Below are positions 10,083 to 21,397 of a stretch of DNA of 64,000 nt, piece after piece. Each line of letters begins with the position of its first letter. Position 1 is the stretch's first letter. A program made the position numbers and the translations under genes. Origin of the DNA: an uncultured Acidobacteriota bacterium (GTDB lineage Bacteria; Acidobacteriota; Thermoanaerobaculia; UBA5066; DATFVB01); assembly GCA_963813155.1 (NCBI GenBank), contig CAWEYG010000001.1, forward strand, positions 544,001 to 608,000, given 5' to 3'. Below the pieces are notes generated by a model. That model was given only the letters and a program-made list of their open reading frames with translations. It did no database searches and was not told where the DNA came from.

Positions 10083-13000
10083 CTAACGGGGTCTCTGGGG
10101 TCTCCGGGGTCTCGTCCTCGACCTTCGGCAGCAGGACGACGGGCGCCATCTTCTGCCCCTCGACGGTCTTGTTGAAGTCGGCGAGGTCGTGGTCGGCGAT
10201 GCCCTGGAACTCCGCGAGCACCGCGTCGAGCTGCTTCTTCAGCACCTGGTAATAAACCGTCTCGGAAACGGTCGGTTTCGCGTCCGCGCTGCCCACTTCG
10301 CCCGCGAGCGCCGCGAAGTCGTGGTCGAGCTTCGGAAGGTAGTTCAGGTCGTCCTCGTTCGCCTTGATCTCCGGGTTGATCAGCTTCGCCTCGACCGCGT
10401 CGAGCTTCGCCTTCAGGGCCTTCGCCTTCGGCCCGGTCGCGTCGCCCTTGCCCGTCTTCCGGGCGTGATCGTCGATCGACTTGATCTGCGCCTTCAGGTC
10501 CCGGATCTTCAACACGGTCTCGTGCGACTGCGACAGGCTGTCGCGGATCTCCTCCAGCAGCGTGTACTGGGCCTGGAGGTCCTGCGCGGACGTTCCCACC
10601 GTCGGGTTCGCTTTCACTTCGAACGGCTGCGTGAAGCTCTTGCCGTCGACCGTCAGCCGGACCTGGTAGGTTCCGGGCGCGACCTTCGGCGGGCGCTTGT
10701 CCCCCTCGTTGATGACCGCCTTCGGCACGAGCGTCGGCTTCAGCACGCGCATGTCCCACACGAAGCGGTTCAGGCCTTCCTTCGGCTCGAGCTTCTTTTC
10801 CTTCTCGGGCTCGGGCGGCGCCGGCTCGTCGGAGCCTTCGGCCTTCTTTTCGTCCTTCTTCTCGTTGTCGAATTTCCGGATCACCTTGCCACCGGCGAGG
10901 ATTTCGATCGCGACCTTCGACTTCTCGGCCGGCTTGTCGCGCAGCCAGTAGTCGATGAGAACGCCGTTGGGCATGTTCTTCCCGGACGCGCCGTTCGGCG
11001 GCGGCCCATCTCCTTCTTCCACCGTTTCGATCTGGATCCGAACGGCCGGCCGCGGGGCGAAGAGGTACACGGGCTCCGCCGCGACCTTGTCGTTCCAGCC
11101 TCGCAGCGAGTCGAGGTCGTCGAGAATCCAGAACGCCCGGCCCTGCGTCGCGACGACGAGGTCGCCGTTCTTGACCGTCAGGTCGGTGATCGGCACGACG
11201 GGAAGGTTGCGCTGGAACGGGCGCCACGAGGCGCCGTCGTCGAACGAGATGTAGAGACCGGTCTCCGTCCCGGCGTAGAGCAGCCCCGGGCGGACCGGGT
11301 CTTCGCGCACGACGCGCGTGAAGGCGTTCTGCGGAATTCCGGAGTCGATCTTCTTCCAGGTCTTCCCGTAGTCGGTCGTCTTGTACAGGTACGGGCGAAA
11401 ATCGTCGAACTGGTACATCGTCGCGGCGACGTAGGCGGTCCCCTTGTCGCGGGCCGAGACGTCGATCGCGTTGATGCGGATCCACTCCGGCATCCCCTTC
11501 GGCGTCACGTCCTGCCACGTCTTCGTGTTGTCGCGGGTCACGTGCACGAGACCGTCGTCGCTTCCCGCCCACAGGACGCCCGGCTCGATCGGCGATTCCG
11601 CGACGTAGAAGATCGTGTCGTACACCTCGACGCCCGTGATGTCGTGGGCGATCGATCCGCCCGAGTACCCCTGCTTGTCGGGATCGTTGCGCGTCAGGTC
11701 CGGGCTCGCCTCTTCCCACGTCTGCCCTTCGTCGGTCGAGCGCATCAGCTTCTGCGAGGCGAAGTAGAGGACTTTCGGATCGTGTTTGGAAATGATGATC
11801 GGGGCGTTCCACTGGAACCGGTACTTGAGGTCCTTCGTCGCGTGCCCGGAAGCGAGCTGCGGCCACGGGTCGATCTCGCGGTACTGGCGCGTCCTGCGAT
11901 CGAACCGCGTGATCTGGCCGCCGTAGCCGCCCGCGTAGACGATCTCGGGGTTGCGGGGGTCGGGCGCGATCCAGGCGCTCTCTCCTCCGCCCACGTCGTA
12001 CCACTCGTTGGCCGTGATGCCGCCGTATCCCGGAACTCCCGTCGGCATGCCGACCGTGGAGTTGTCCTGCTGCGCGCCGTAGACCCAGTACGGGAAGCGG
12101 TCGTCGGTGATCACGCGGTAGAACTGGGCCGTCGGCTGGTTGTCCTGCGTCGACCAGGTCTGGCCGCCGTTGTACGTGATCGTCGCGCCGCCGTCGTTGC
12201 CGAGGATCATCCGGTTCGAGTCGTCCGGATCGATCCACAGGATGTGGTTGTCGCCGTGCGGAACCGGCATCGTGTGGAACGACTTTCCGCCGTCGCTCGA
12301 TTTATGGAACTCGACGTTCGTGTGGTAGACGATGTCGGCGTTCTTCGTGTCGGGAAAAATCCAGGAGTAGTACCAGGCGCGCTGGCGGATGCCGTGGCTG
12401 TCGGACACGTGCGTCCACTTGTCGCCCCAGTCGTCGCTGCGGTAGAGGCCGCCCTTGTCCTTGTCGGCCTCGATCATCGCGAAGACGCGCCCCGCCCGGG
12501 CCGGGGAGGCCGCCACGCCGACGCGCCCCCACGGGCCCGCGGGCAGCCCGTTCTCCGTCATCTTCTTCCATGTGTCGCCGCCGTCGGTCGACTTGTAGAG
12601 GGAGCTGCCCGGGCCGCCGTCTTCGAGCGTCCACGGCTTGCGGTACGCCTGCCAGAACGCGGCGTAGAGCACGCGCGGATTGTTCGGATCCATGGACAGA
12701 TCGGATGCGCCCGACTTGTCGTCGACGAAGAGGATCTTCTTCCACGTCTTGCCGCCGTCCTCGGACCGGTAGATGCCCCGGTCGGCGTTCGGGCCCCAGA
12801 CGTGGCCGAGCGCCGCGACGTAGACGACGTCGGGATCTCGCGGATGAATGACGACGCGCGAGATCTGGTACGTGTCGCGCAGCCCCATGTTCTTCCAGGT
12901 GTGTCCCGAGTCGGTCGACTTGTAGACGCCGTCGCCGTGGGAGACGTTGCCGCGGATCGGCGATTCGCCCATTCCCGCGTACACGACGTTCGGATCGGAG

Positions 13001-13341
13001 TCGGAGACGGCGATCGAGCCGACCGAGCCCGTCTTGAAGTCCTTGTCGGACATCGGCTCCCAGTTCGAGCCGCCGTCGGTCGTCTTCCAGACTCCCCCGC
13101 CGGTGCCGCCGAAATAGAACGTGAGCGGCTGCCCGCGCACGCCCGTGACCGCCGTGGCGCGGCCGCCGCGATAGGGCCCGATGTCGCGGAACTGCAGGCC
13201 GGAGAAATCGTCGGAGAGAGTCCTCTCCTTCTCGGGCTCCAGCGGCGTCGCTTTCTTCGAACGGGCCGCGTCGAGGGACGGCGCGAGACCCGCGGCCAGG
13301 ATCAGGACGGCGAGGAAACTCCAGCGGCTGTTCTTTAGCAC
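10083..13341 (-). CDS. Secreted BNR/Asp-box (VPS10/sortilin-like) glycosyl hydrolase-type protein
   Basis: GTG 13341 after GAGGAGGAG; FRDIGPYRGGRA; many S/T-x-D-G-G-x-T-W boxes; ATQGRAFWILDD; true stop probably TAG 10083-10085 after an indel, since the called ORF reads through the terminator. Confidence 0.85.
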
Positions 13342-13404
13342 GAAACACTCCTCCTCAAAAATTCCGGGGACACGAAGACGCATTATAGATGCCGGGGATG
13401 GGCG

Positions 13405-14566
13405 CTACTGTCGGAATCTTGCAGCGATGTCGAAAACCGCCTCGACGACGTCGCCCCTCTCCGATTCGGTCATGTCGGGAAACAGCGGAAGCGACACGAT
13501 CCGCTCGGACACGAAATGGGCCTCCGGAAAGTCTTCCGGTTTCCAGCCGTATTTCTCCCGGTAAAACGAGAACTCGTGCGCGGCGGAGTAATGGAGACCG
13601 CATCCGATGTTTCGCTCCTTGAGCTCCGCCATGAAACGGTCCCGGTCGATCGTCAGCCGATCCAGGTCGACGAGCGGCGCGTAGAGGTGCCAGGCATGTT
13701 TGGACGGCCACGGCACGGCCTCCGGAAGGATCAGCGGAGCGTCCCGGAAATCCTTCTGGTACGCCTCCGCGAGCTTCCTTCGCTTTTCGATGAAACCGTC
13801 GAGCTTCGGGAGCTGGTGGAGGCCGAGCGCCGCCTGGATGTCCATCATGTTGTACTTGTAGCCGGGCAGCGCGATGTCGTAGCGCGGGCTGCCCGACTTC
13901 GCGAACCGCTTCCAGGCGTTGCGGTCCATGCCGTGGAATTTCAGGAGCGAGACTTTCTCGAAGACTTCCTCGTCGGAGGTCACGACCATGCCCCCTTCGC
14001 CGGTCGTGATGTTCTTGTTCGGGTGAAACGAGAAGACGGACGTCGTCGGGAACGAGCCGATCCGCTTTCCGCGGTATTCCGTTCCGATCGCGTGGGCCGC
14101 GTCTTCGATCACGACGAGGCGGTGTTTCCGCGCGAGCTCGAGGATCGGGTCGAGGTCGGCGGGCTGGCCCACGTAATGGACCGGGATGAGCGCTTTCGTC
14201 CGCGGCGTGATCTTCTTCTCGATCTCCTCGACCCGGATGTTCAGGTTGCGCCGGTCGATGTCGGCGAGCACGGGCGTCGCGCCCGCGAGCTCGACGACGT
14301 TGAGCGTCGCGGCGAACGTCATCGGCGTCGTGATGACCTCGTCCCCGGGACCGATGCCGTGCGCGAGCACCGCGAGGTGCAGGCCCGCGGTCGCCGACGA
14401 GAGCGCGCTCGCGTGGCGGCCCGCCGACGTACTCGCGAAACGCTTCCGTGAATTTTTCCGTCTTCGGCCCGGTCGTGATCCATCCGGACCGAAGCGAATC
14501 GACGAGCTCGGAGATCTCTTCCTCGCCGAGCGACGGTTTCGCGAAGGGAAGGAACGTGTCACGCAT
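13405..14566 (-). CDS. DegT/DnrJ/EryC1/StrS (ArnB-like) PLP sugar aminotransferase (indel near 14425)
   Basis: [62 protein letters not shown]. Confidence 0.9.
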
Positions 14567-14580
14567 CGAACTTCCTCATC

Positions 14581-16203
14581 TCAAAAATTTTTCACCACGA
14601 TGTACTTGCGATTCTCGGCGACGAGGCTCCCCCGGTGGCCCTCCATCTCGGGCCGGTCCCTCTTGCGGAGCAGCGCGACGAGCTTCTGGCCCGAATCCCA
14701 ATCCTTCCAGAACTCCTCGCGCGGGCGAAAGAACGCCGACTGGTCGCCGCGCCCGCTTCCGAATTCGAGCTCGTTTTTCCACCCGTAAATCGGGATGCGT
14801 CGCTGCAGCACCCAGGGAAAGCCCTGCAGGTACGTGCGGTAGGACACGACCGATGCGTCGGAGCCCGCCGCGTTTCCGGCGGAGATCGCCAGGCCCTGTG
14901 CCGAACTGTCGGCCGCGAAACTCGGAAGCGCGAACACGGCCGCGGCGCACAGGACGGCCCACCCCGCGGGGAGCACCGCGATCGAGCGAGCCGGGTCTCG
15001 CCGGGAAACGAACGCGGCGATCCAGAAAACGACGACCGCGCCGGCCACGGCCCCGGCCGCGAGCGCCGTCACGCCGAGACGGGCGAGGTCGCCCGACCGC
15101 GCTCCAAGCGCGAGGCCCGCGATCGCCGCCGCGGTCCAGAACACGGCGTTTGCGAAAAGCCCGCGCCGGGGCGGCGCGCCCGATTCGAGACGCCGGGCCA
15201 GAAGCACGGCGAGCGCCGGCGCCGCGGGAAAGATGTACGGCACGAGCTTCGAGTGCGACACCGAAAAGAACACGAGGATCACGGCCGTCCAGCTCGCGAA
15301 CCAGAGGTCCGAGAGGCCCTCGGGGGCGGCGCGGCGAGAACGGGAAAACCGGGAGGCGATTCCCGGAACGAAAAAGCTCCACGGAAGGAATCCCGCAAAC
15401 AGCGTCAGCACGAAGTAGTACACGGGCCCGCCGCGCGAAGCCTCGGGCGTCGCGTAGCGCAGAAAGTGTTCGTGAATCCAGAAGAAGCTCGAGAACCCGG
15501 GGGCCGCTCTCTCGACCGCGACGAAGTACGGGACGGTCACGAGGAGACAGATCGCGGGCGCCCAGGAAAAGAGAACCTCGGGGATCCTCTTCCATCGGCC
15601 GGAGACGCCGCACCACACAAGCAATGCGCCTCCCGGAAGGACGATGCCGACGAGCCCCTTCGCGAGCACCGAGAGCCCGCAGCCGAGCCCGACGAAAGCG
15701 GCTGCCGCGCGCGCGCTCCGGCCCTCTTCGCGCGAGGTCACGAAGTCGTGCAGGGCCACGAGCGCGACCGTCATCGTGAACGTGAGCACGCCATCGGTCA
15801 GGTTCATGCGTCCGAGCGACCCCGCGAGCGGCGCCGCCAGGAAGATCAGCCCCGAGGCCAGTGCCACGCGGTCTCCGAATTTCCGCCGCAGTCCCAGGAT
15901 GAGGAGAAGGAGGACGCCGAGCGTCGCGAGGCGGCACGGGAGGCGCGCCGCGTAGGCGTTCAGGCCGAAGACCCGGAACGAAGCGGCGTTGGCCCAGTAG
16001 AGCAGCGGCGGCTTCTCGAAGTAGTCGACGAAATTCAATTTCGGGACGAGCCAGTTTCCGCTCGCGAGCATCTCGCGGGGGATCTCGGCGTAGCGGGCCT
16101 CGTCGGGCTCGAGCAGAAAGGACCCGGGCAGCTCAAGAAAGAGGAGCGCGCAGAAGACGGCGAGCCAGGCGAGCAGGACGCCGCGGCGCGGCAGCGCGTT
16201 CAC
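14581..16203 (-). CDS. ArnT-like GT-C (PMT/GT39-83) glycosyltransferase
   Basis: PDEARYAEIPREM, YFEKPPLLYW, LAKGLVG, SKLVPYIFP; many TM helices. Confidence 0.9.
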   Translation of the reverse strand: MNALPRRGVLLAWLAVFCALLFLELPGSFLLEPDEARYAEIPREMLASGNWLVPKLNFVDYFEKPPLLYWANAASFRVFGLNAYAARLPCRLATLGVLLLLILGLRRKFGDRVALASGLIFLAAPLAGSLGRMNLTDGVLTFTMTVALVALHDFVTSREEGRSARAAAAFVGLGCGLSVLAKGLVGIVLPGGALLVWCGVSGRWKRIPEVLFSWAPAICLLVTVPYFVAVERAAPGFSSFFWIHEHFLRYATPEASRGGPVYYFVLTLFAGFLPWSFFVPGIASRFSRSRRAAPEGLSDLWFASWTAVILVFFSVSHSKLVPYIFPAAPALAVLLARRLESGAPPRRGLFANAVFWTAAAIAGLALGARSGDLARLGVTALAAGAVAGAVVVFWIAAFVSRRDPARSIAVLPAGWAVLCAAAVFALPSFAADSSAQGLAISAGNAAGSDASVVSYRTYLQGFPWVLQRRIPIYGWKNELEFGSGRGDQSAFFRPREEFWKDWDSGQKLVALLRKRDRPEMEGHRGSLVAENRKYIVVKNF

Positions 16204-17426
16204 GGCCTGCCTCCGGCGTCGATCTTCCAGGTCCGGGCGGGCCGCCAGACTCCCGCGGTCGCCTCCGGCGCGAAAACGTCGAACCGGACGATGCCGGCGC
16301 GGTAGTCATACGGGGCGCCGTCGCGCCGGTGCAAGGCAACGTCGAGGCTGTACGTCCCGGCCGCGAGATCCGCGGACTCGAAACGGAGCGAAACGGTGAA
16401 CGCTCCCGCGACGGCCCTAGCCTCGTACCGGTCGATCAGCGTGTTCGAGCCGAAGACGACGGTTCCGTCGATCTTCGAGATCTGGACTCCCGCGACGAAA
16501 TCCTCGACCGCGCCCTCCGCCCGGCCCGTAAACTCGACGCGGAACGGTTCCCCGGCGCGAAGGACGCCGGCGGGGTCGCCGGAGGGACCGAGCAGCCGGA
16601 CGTTCTCGATGACGGCCTCGCGCGACCCCCATCGCTCGCTCGAGTCCGCGGCGCGCGGCCGGAGCCGGGCCCGGCCTTCCCGGTCCGCCACCTCTTCGCG
16701 GTACTTTCCGACGACCTCCGCGGGAGGACCGTCGGCGACGAGCCGCCCGCCGGCAAAGCGGAGCACGCGCCGGCAGCGCGTCGCGATCAGGTCCAGGTCG
16801 TGGGAAACGACGGCGATCGTGCGGCCCTGTTTCTGGAACTCGGCGATCTTCTCGAGGCAGCGGTGGGAGAACTCCTCGTCTCCGACCGCGAGAACCTCGT
16901 CGACGAGCAGCACGTCCGGATCCGAATGCGCCGCGACGGAAAAGCCGAGCCGGACGACCATGCCCGAGGAGAACGTCTTGATCGGCGCGTCGAGGAAATC
17001 GCCGACGCCCGCAAACGCGAGAATGGAGTCCATCCGGGACGCGACCTCTTTCTTCGAGAGGCCGAGCAGCATTCCGTTGATCTCGATGTTCTCCCGCGCC
17101 GAGATCTCCGGGTGAAATCCCGCCCCGAGCTCGATCAACGCCGAGACCCGTCCGCGCGTCTCGACGATTCCGGAGGTGGGCGTGAGGATCCGCGCGAGCA
17201 GCTTCAGCAGCGTCGATTTTCCCGATCCGTTCTCCCCGATGACGCCGATCGTCTCTCCCGCCGCAACTTCGAAGGACACGTCCGTCAGCGCCGGGAAGAC
17301 GCGGTCGGCCGCGAGGGCGCGCGCGCCGATCCCGGAGAGCAACGCCGACTTGAGGCTCCCGACCGAGCGCTTGCGCCCGTACCGCCGGTACGACTTGGAG
17401 ACGCGGTCCGCGCGGATCGCGATCAC
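16200..17426 (-). CDS. wzt: Polysaccharide ABC exporter ATPase with Wzt C-terminal domain
   Basis: GENGSGKST, LIELGAGFHPEISAREN, FSSGMVVRLGF, VDEVLAVGD; C-terminal beta domain. Confidence 0.9.
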   Translation of the reverse strand: MIAIRADRVSKSYRRYGRKRSVGSLKSALLSGIGARALAADRVFPALTDVSFEVAAGETIGVIGENGSGKSTLLKLLARILTPTSGIVETRGRVSALIELGAGFHPEISARENIEINGMLLGLSKKEVASRMDSILAFAGVGDFLDAPIKTFSSGMVVRLGFSVAAHSDPDVLLVDEVLAVGDEEFSHRCLEKIAEFQKQGRTIAVVSHDLDLIATRCRRVLRFAGGRLVADGPPAEVVGKYREEVADREGRARLRPRAADSSERWGSREAVIENVRLLGPSGDPAGVLRAGEPFRVEFTGRAEGAVEDFVAGVQISKIDGTVVFGSNTLIDRYEARAVAGAFTVSLRFESADLAAGTYSLDVALHRRDGAPYDYRAGIVRFDVFAPEATAGVWRPARTWKIDAGGRP

Positions 17427-18217
17427 GCTTCCTCCGCGATCGAGTCCCGGAGGCGCGAGAAAACCGCGCCCCCGACGGCGATCGACAGCAGCGAGACGGC
17501 CGCCATCGCGGTCCATTCGGACCCGGGAATCCAGCGGCCCGCGAAGATCGATTCGTGGATGCCGCCGAAATACGCGGACGCCGGGTTGAGCCGCAGCCAG
17601 AAGCGCAGTTTCGGCGGAACCCCGTCGGCCGGATAGATGACGGGGCTCGCGAAGAACCAGAACGTCAGCACGTTCTGGAGGAGATTGCGCATGTCCTGGA
17701 AATGAACCGAAACGGCGGACACGAAAAGGGCCGCCCCGAGGACCGCCGCGCCGAGCAGCAGCATCACCGGCGCGAACTGCAGCGCTGCCCAACCGACCCG
17801 GACGGACCCTGCGAGGCGGCAGAAGAGCGTCGCCGCGACGAGCACCGGGAGCGCCCAGAAGAAGTGAAAGGCCTGCGACAGGACGGAGACGCCGGGGAAC
17901 ACTTCGGGAGAAACAACCGCCTTTCGAAGGAGGGCCCCGTTGTTCTTGAACGTCTCCGCAGCGTCGAGGATCGACGCGGAAAGAAAATTCCAGGCGAGCA
18001 CGCCCCCGAACAGGAAGAGCGGGTACGGGCGCACCTCGGCGCGCGGCGCGAAAACGGCCGTGAAGACGACGGAGTAGATCGCGAGGAGCAGCAGCGGGTT
18101 CAGGATCGACCAGAAGTACCCGAGCACGCTTCCGCGGTAGCGGGCGCGAAGGTCCCTCCGCGCGAGATTCGCGACGAGAGCGCGCGCCCTCCAGAGGCGA
18201 ACGAGGGTTTCCTTCAT
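17423..18217 (-). CDS. wzm: Polysaccharide ABC exporter permease
   Basis: RRDLRARYRGSVLGYFWSILNPL, FFASPVIYP, LNP motifs. Confidence 0.9.
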   Translation of the reverse strand: MKETLVRLWRARALVANLARRDLRARYRGSVLGYFWSILNPLLLLAIYSVVFTAVFAPRAEVRPYPLFLFGGVLAWNFLSASILDAAETFKNNGALLRKAVVSPEVFPGVSVLSQAFHFFWALPVLVAATLFCRLAGSVRVGWAALQFAPVMLLLGAAVLGAALFVSAVSVHFQDMRNLLQNVLTFWFFASPVIYPADGVPPKLRFWLRLNPASAYFGGIHESIFAGRWIPGSEWTAMAAVSLLSIAVGGAVFSRLRDSIAEEA

Positions 18218-19578
18218 TTCTCGCGCACTCTAACAGCGGGCGAAAAAACTCTCACGCGCCCGTTCGCCGCTTCGAACAACGACGAGAAGCGCTCGGCGAG
18301 CACGGCGCACAGAACAGGAAAGAGGGCGCCCGCGATCCGGGGCACGAACTGCGCCTGCCACAGCGGATCGCCGGACGAGAGCGCGCAGACCGAGACGTAC
18401 GCGGCAAGTTGCAGGCCGAGGACCGGCAGGAGCCAGTCGAGCCGCGAACGGGGCGTCAGCAGGAAGAAGGCCGCGAGCGCCGCGGCGGGCACGGCGAGCG
18501 GAAGGAGCTGGGACCGGAGCACGGCGGCCCCGACCGCCGAGAGGCGCGAAAGAAGGATCGAAATTTTCTCCAGGCTCAGCCACGCGAGGTCGTAATCCCG
18601 GTCGGCGAGGGGGCCGCGCAGCGCGCGCAGGATCGCCCAGTTCGCGGCCGCGGGGACGAGCAAAGCCGCCAGGAACGAGAATTTTCCCCTCCGGATTCCC
18701 CGGAGGCTCCGCACCGCAAGTCCCGCGGCGGCCAGGATCACGAACAGCGTGCCCTCCTGCTTGAACCCGCACGCGAGGAACGCCGCGATCGCCATGCGTC
18801 CGAGCGCGCCGCCGGCCGGCTGATCGACGAAGTCGGACGCGGCGAGAGCGAGCAGGACGAACGCAAATGAAAGGGGGATGTCCGCCATCCCGACCTCGAA
18901 GCCCTGGAACAGGAAGAAGAGAATCGAGACGAGGAGCGCCGCGACCGCTCCGCCGAGCGGCCGCGAGCGCCGGCGAAAGAAACCGAAGAGCGCGAGGAGA
19001 AGCGCCGCCTCGATCGCGGGGAACAACAGCGCGAGCGCGTGGTCGTTCCAGGAGCCGGCGAGCGCGGAGAGCGAAGCGAGAGCGAGCGGAAGGAGCAGCG
19101 GGTATTCCGGATGGGAAAACGCCGTCGCCGGATCCTGGAAAATGCGGGAGGGGACCGAAGACGTGAGAAAGATCGTCTTGCCCTTCAGTCCCCAGATCGC
19201 GAGGAAGTCGTTGCCCCACATCGGCTCGACGGCCGCCTGGAGGAGAAACAGTGCCCACGCGATGCCCGCCAGGACGAGAAGTCCCGCCGCGAGGCGCGGA
19301 ACCGAAGGCGAAGCCGTCCCGGGCTCGGTCCCGCGCCGGCCGAGCGCGAGCGCGACGACGACACCGTACACGATCATCAGGGCCGGGCGGGGGTGCAGCC
19401 CGACGAGGAGAAGTGTCGAGAAAATCGCGCTCTGCAGGAGAAGACCCGCGCCGAAGCCCCACGCGACCTTTTCCTCCCGCGACAGCCCGCCCAGGAGACG
19501 CCGGGCCGCGAAGAAACCGAGCAAACCCGTCCAGAGGATGACGAGGACGATCGGCACCGAGGCCGCGAGCAGCCTCAA
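18214..19578 (-). CDS. Polytopic membrane protein, probable GT-C glycosyltransferase
   Basis: DFLAIWGLKGK, HPEYPLLLP, ADIPL, KQEG motifs; about 12 TM segments. Confidence 0.7.
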   Translation of the reverse strand: MRLLAASVPIVLVILWTGLLGFFAARRLLGGLSREEKVAWGFGAGLLLQSAIFSTLLLVGLHPRPALMIVYGVVVALALGRRGTEPGTASPSVPRLAAGLLVLAGIAWALFLLQAAVEPMWGNDFLAIWGLKGKTIFLTSSVPSRIFQDPATAFSHPEYPLLLPLALASLSALAGSWNDHALALLFPAIEAALLLALFGFFRRRSRPLGGAVAALLVSILFFLFQGFEVGMADIPLSFAFVLLALAASDFVDQPAGGALGRMAIAAFLACGFKQEGTLFVILAAAGLAVRSLRGIRRGKFSFLAALLVPAAANWAILRALRGPLADRDYDLAWLSLEKISILLSRLSAVGAAVLRSQLLPLAVPAAALAAFFLLTPRSRLDWLLPVLGLQLAAYVSVCALSSGDPLWQAQFVPRIAGALFPVLCAVLAERFSSLFEAANGRVRVFSPAVRVREK

Positions 19579-20006
19579 CGGAGCCGGCCCAGGGACCCGA
19601 ACGGAATCGCCGCGGCGACCGGAGCGCCCGGGGGTCGGGTGGTTCCGTACAAGGCCGCGAAGTCCGCTTCCGCAAGCCGGGAGAACGGCACGACGCGTCG
19701 CGGGGCGAGAACGTACGCCGCGCTGTACGCGTAGAGCCCGGACGTGGCGGGCGCCTCGATCGCGACCGTCGCGGTCGCCGGAACCGCGAGCCGAATCGAC
19801 TCCAGGAACTGCCCGTAGCGGCGATCGAACGCGAGACCGCTGCCGTGCGCGCGGGCGGCATCCGGCTCCATCCGGGCGAAGGCGGGAAGCGCCCGAAACC
19901 GCGGCCCGAGCTCCCCAAATTTCAGCCCGGCGATCTCGAATCCCGCGACCGCCAGCACGCTCACGATCACCGCAGATTTACGGAAGCCGTCGGGCAGGTG
20001 TCGCAC
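19575..20006 (-). CDS. Hypothetical membrane-anchored protein, first gene of the glycosylation operon
   Basis: 143-aa ORF with N-terminal hydrophobic segment and YVLAPRRV; 4-bp overlap with next gene. Confidence 0.6.
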   Translation of the reverse strand: MRHLPDGFRKSAVIVSVLAVAGFEIAGLKFGELGPRFRALPAFARMEPDAARAHGSGLAFDRRYGQFLESIRLAVPATATVAIEAPATSGLYAYSAAYVLAPRRVVPFSRLAEADFAALYGTTRPPGAPVAAAIPFGSLGRLR

Positions 20007-20028
20007 GGAGTGGATTGTAGCGACACGC

Positions 20029-20057
20029 TTGACTTACGCTAAAATTACGCCTATTCT
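20029..20057 (+). promoter_or_regulatory. Sigma70 promoter TTGACT-N17-TATTCT with overlapping TTAC-N7-TTAC repeat
   Basis: -35 at 20029-20034, -10 at 20052-20057, ATG at 20064 (leaderless geometry). Confidence 0.7.
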
Positions 20058-20063
20058 TTTTTC

Positions 20064-21312
20064 ATGGCTCGACCGGCTCCCGTACCCGCCCGATCGCTCT
20101 CGACCGAGGAAAAGATCCAGATCCTCATGAAACAGGCGGGCGACGACAGGGAGGGAAACGGGCGAGACGTCGGGGCCCTGCGCCCGATCAACATCCGGAA
20201 CCTCGCCGACCGCGGATTCGGCGCGACGAAGATCTTCCGCATCCTGCTTTCGAACGCGTGCGTCTTCTCCTGCTCGTACTGCCCCATGCGCGCCGGGCGC
20301 GATCTGCCGCGCCACGCGATCGCGCCGGAGAAGCTGGCCGAGATTTTCCTGGAGGCCTTCCGCCGCGGATGGTCCCAGGGCCTGTTCGTGACGTCGGGCA
20401 TTCCGAAGAACCCCGTGTGGGCGATGGACCGGATGATCGCGCTCGTGGAGCTCCTGCGGTTCCGGCACCGGTTCGCGGGATACATCCACGCGAAGGCGGT
20501 CGCCGGTTGCCGGCCGGATCAGGTGGACCGGCTCGCGCTGCTCGTCGACCGCCTCTCGTACAACCTCGAAAGCGTCTGCCAGCAGACGCTCGACCGCGTC
20601 GCTCCCGAGAAGTCGGTGTCCGCCGGCCTCGACCTGATGCGGCGCGCGAAGCGCCTCGCCGACGAGGGAGCGCCGCGAATCGCGGGCGACCCGCGGCCGC
20701 CGGGGCCGCACCTGCGCGCGGGGATCACGACGCAGATTGTCGTCGGGCTCGACGAGCGCAACGACCGGGATCTGCTGGGAGAGACGTTCGGCCTGTGGCG
20801 CGAGCGCACGATCCACCATCCGCAGTTCGCGGCGTTTCGCCCGATCACCGAAACTCCCATGGAAGACCGCCCCGAGACGCCCGCCCTGCGGGAGCACCGA
20901 CTCTACCAGGCGGACCATCTCCTGCGGCGATACGGGTTCGAGCCCTCGGAGCTCCCGTTCGACGAAGCGGGCAACCTTCCGTTCGAGTGCGATCCGAAGA
21001 TGGCGTGGGCGCTCGCGCACGCCGAGAACTTTCCGGTCGAAATCACGACCGCGACGCGCGAAACGCTGCGCCGCGTTCCCGGCGTGGGCCCGGCCGGCGT
21101 GGAGCGGATCCTCGCGGAGCGAAAACGCTGGAGCTCGCTCGCGCGCCCGCGACCTCGGAAAGCTCGGCGCGATCGCGTCCCGCGCGGCGGGATTTCTCTC
21201 TTTTCGGGGAAAACGTCTCTCGATTTTCCGGGGGCAGAAGCCGCTCTTCGACGCCGAGGCGCTCGCTCCCCCGCCGGTCGTCTATTCGTTTTCGCCCGGA
21301 ACGTTCCGCTAG
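20064..21312 (+). CDS. Putative DNA modification/repair radical SAM protein with HhH motif (indel near 21145)
   Basis: NACVFSCSYC, GYIHAK, LREHRLYQADHLLRRYGF, DPKMAWAL..FPVEI, LRRVPGVGP. Confidence 0.85.
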
Positions 21313-21397
21313 CTCTGCAACCATCCCTCTCCATCTGGCAGCCTTTAGATCGAGAAGTAAACGCGGGAGGGGGGACCGCCGCAGCGGTGGGTGAGGT

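Noticed and set aside
9877-10083. C-terminal extension of the BNR hydrolase
   Set aside because: It reads through a terminator and into the convergent gene; probably an indel in the 9-bp gagacccc[g/a] repeat before TAG.
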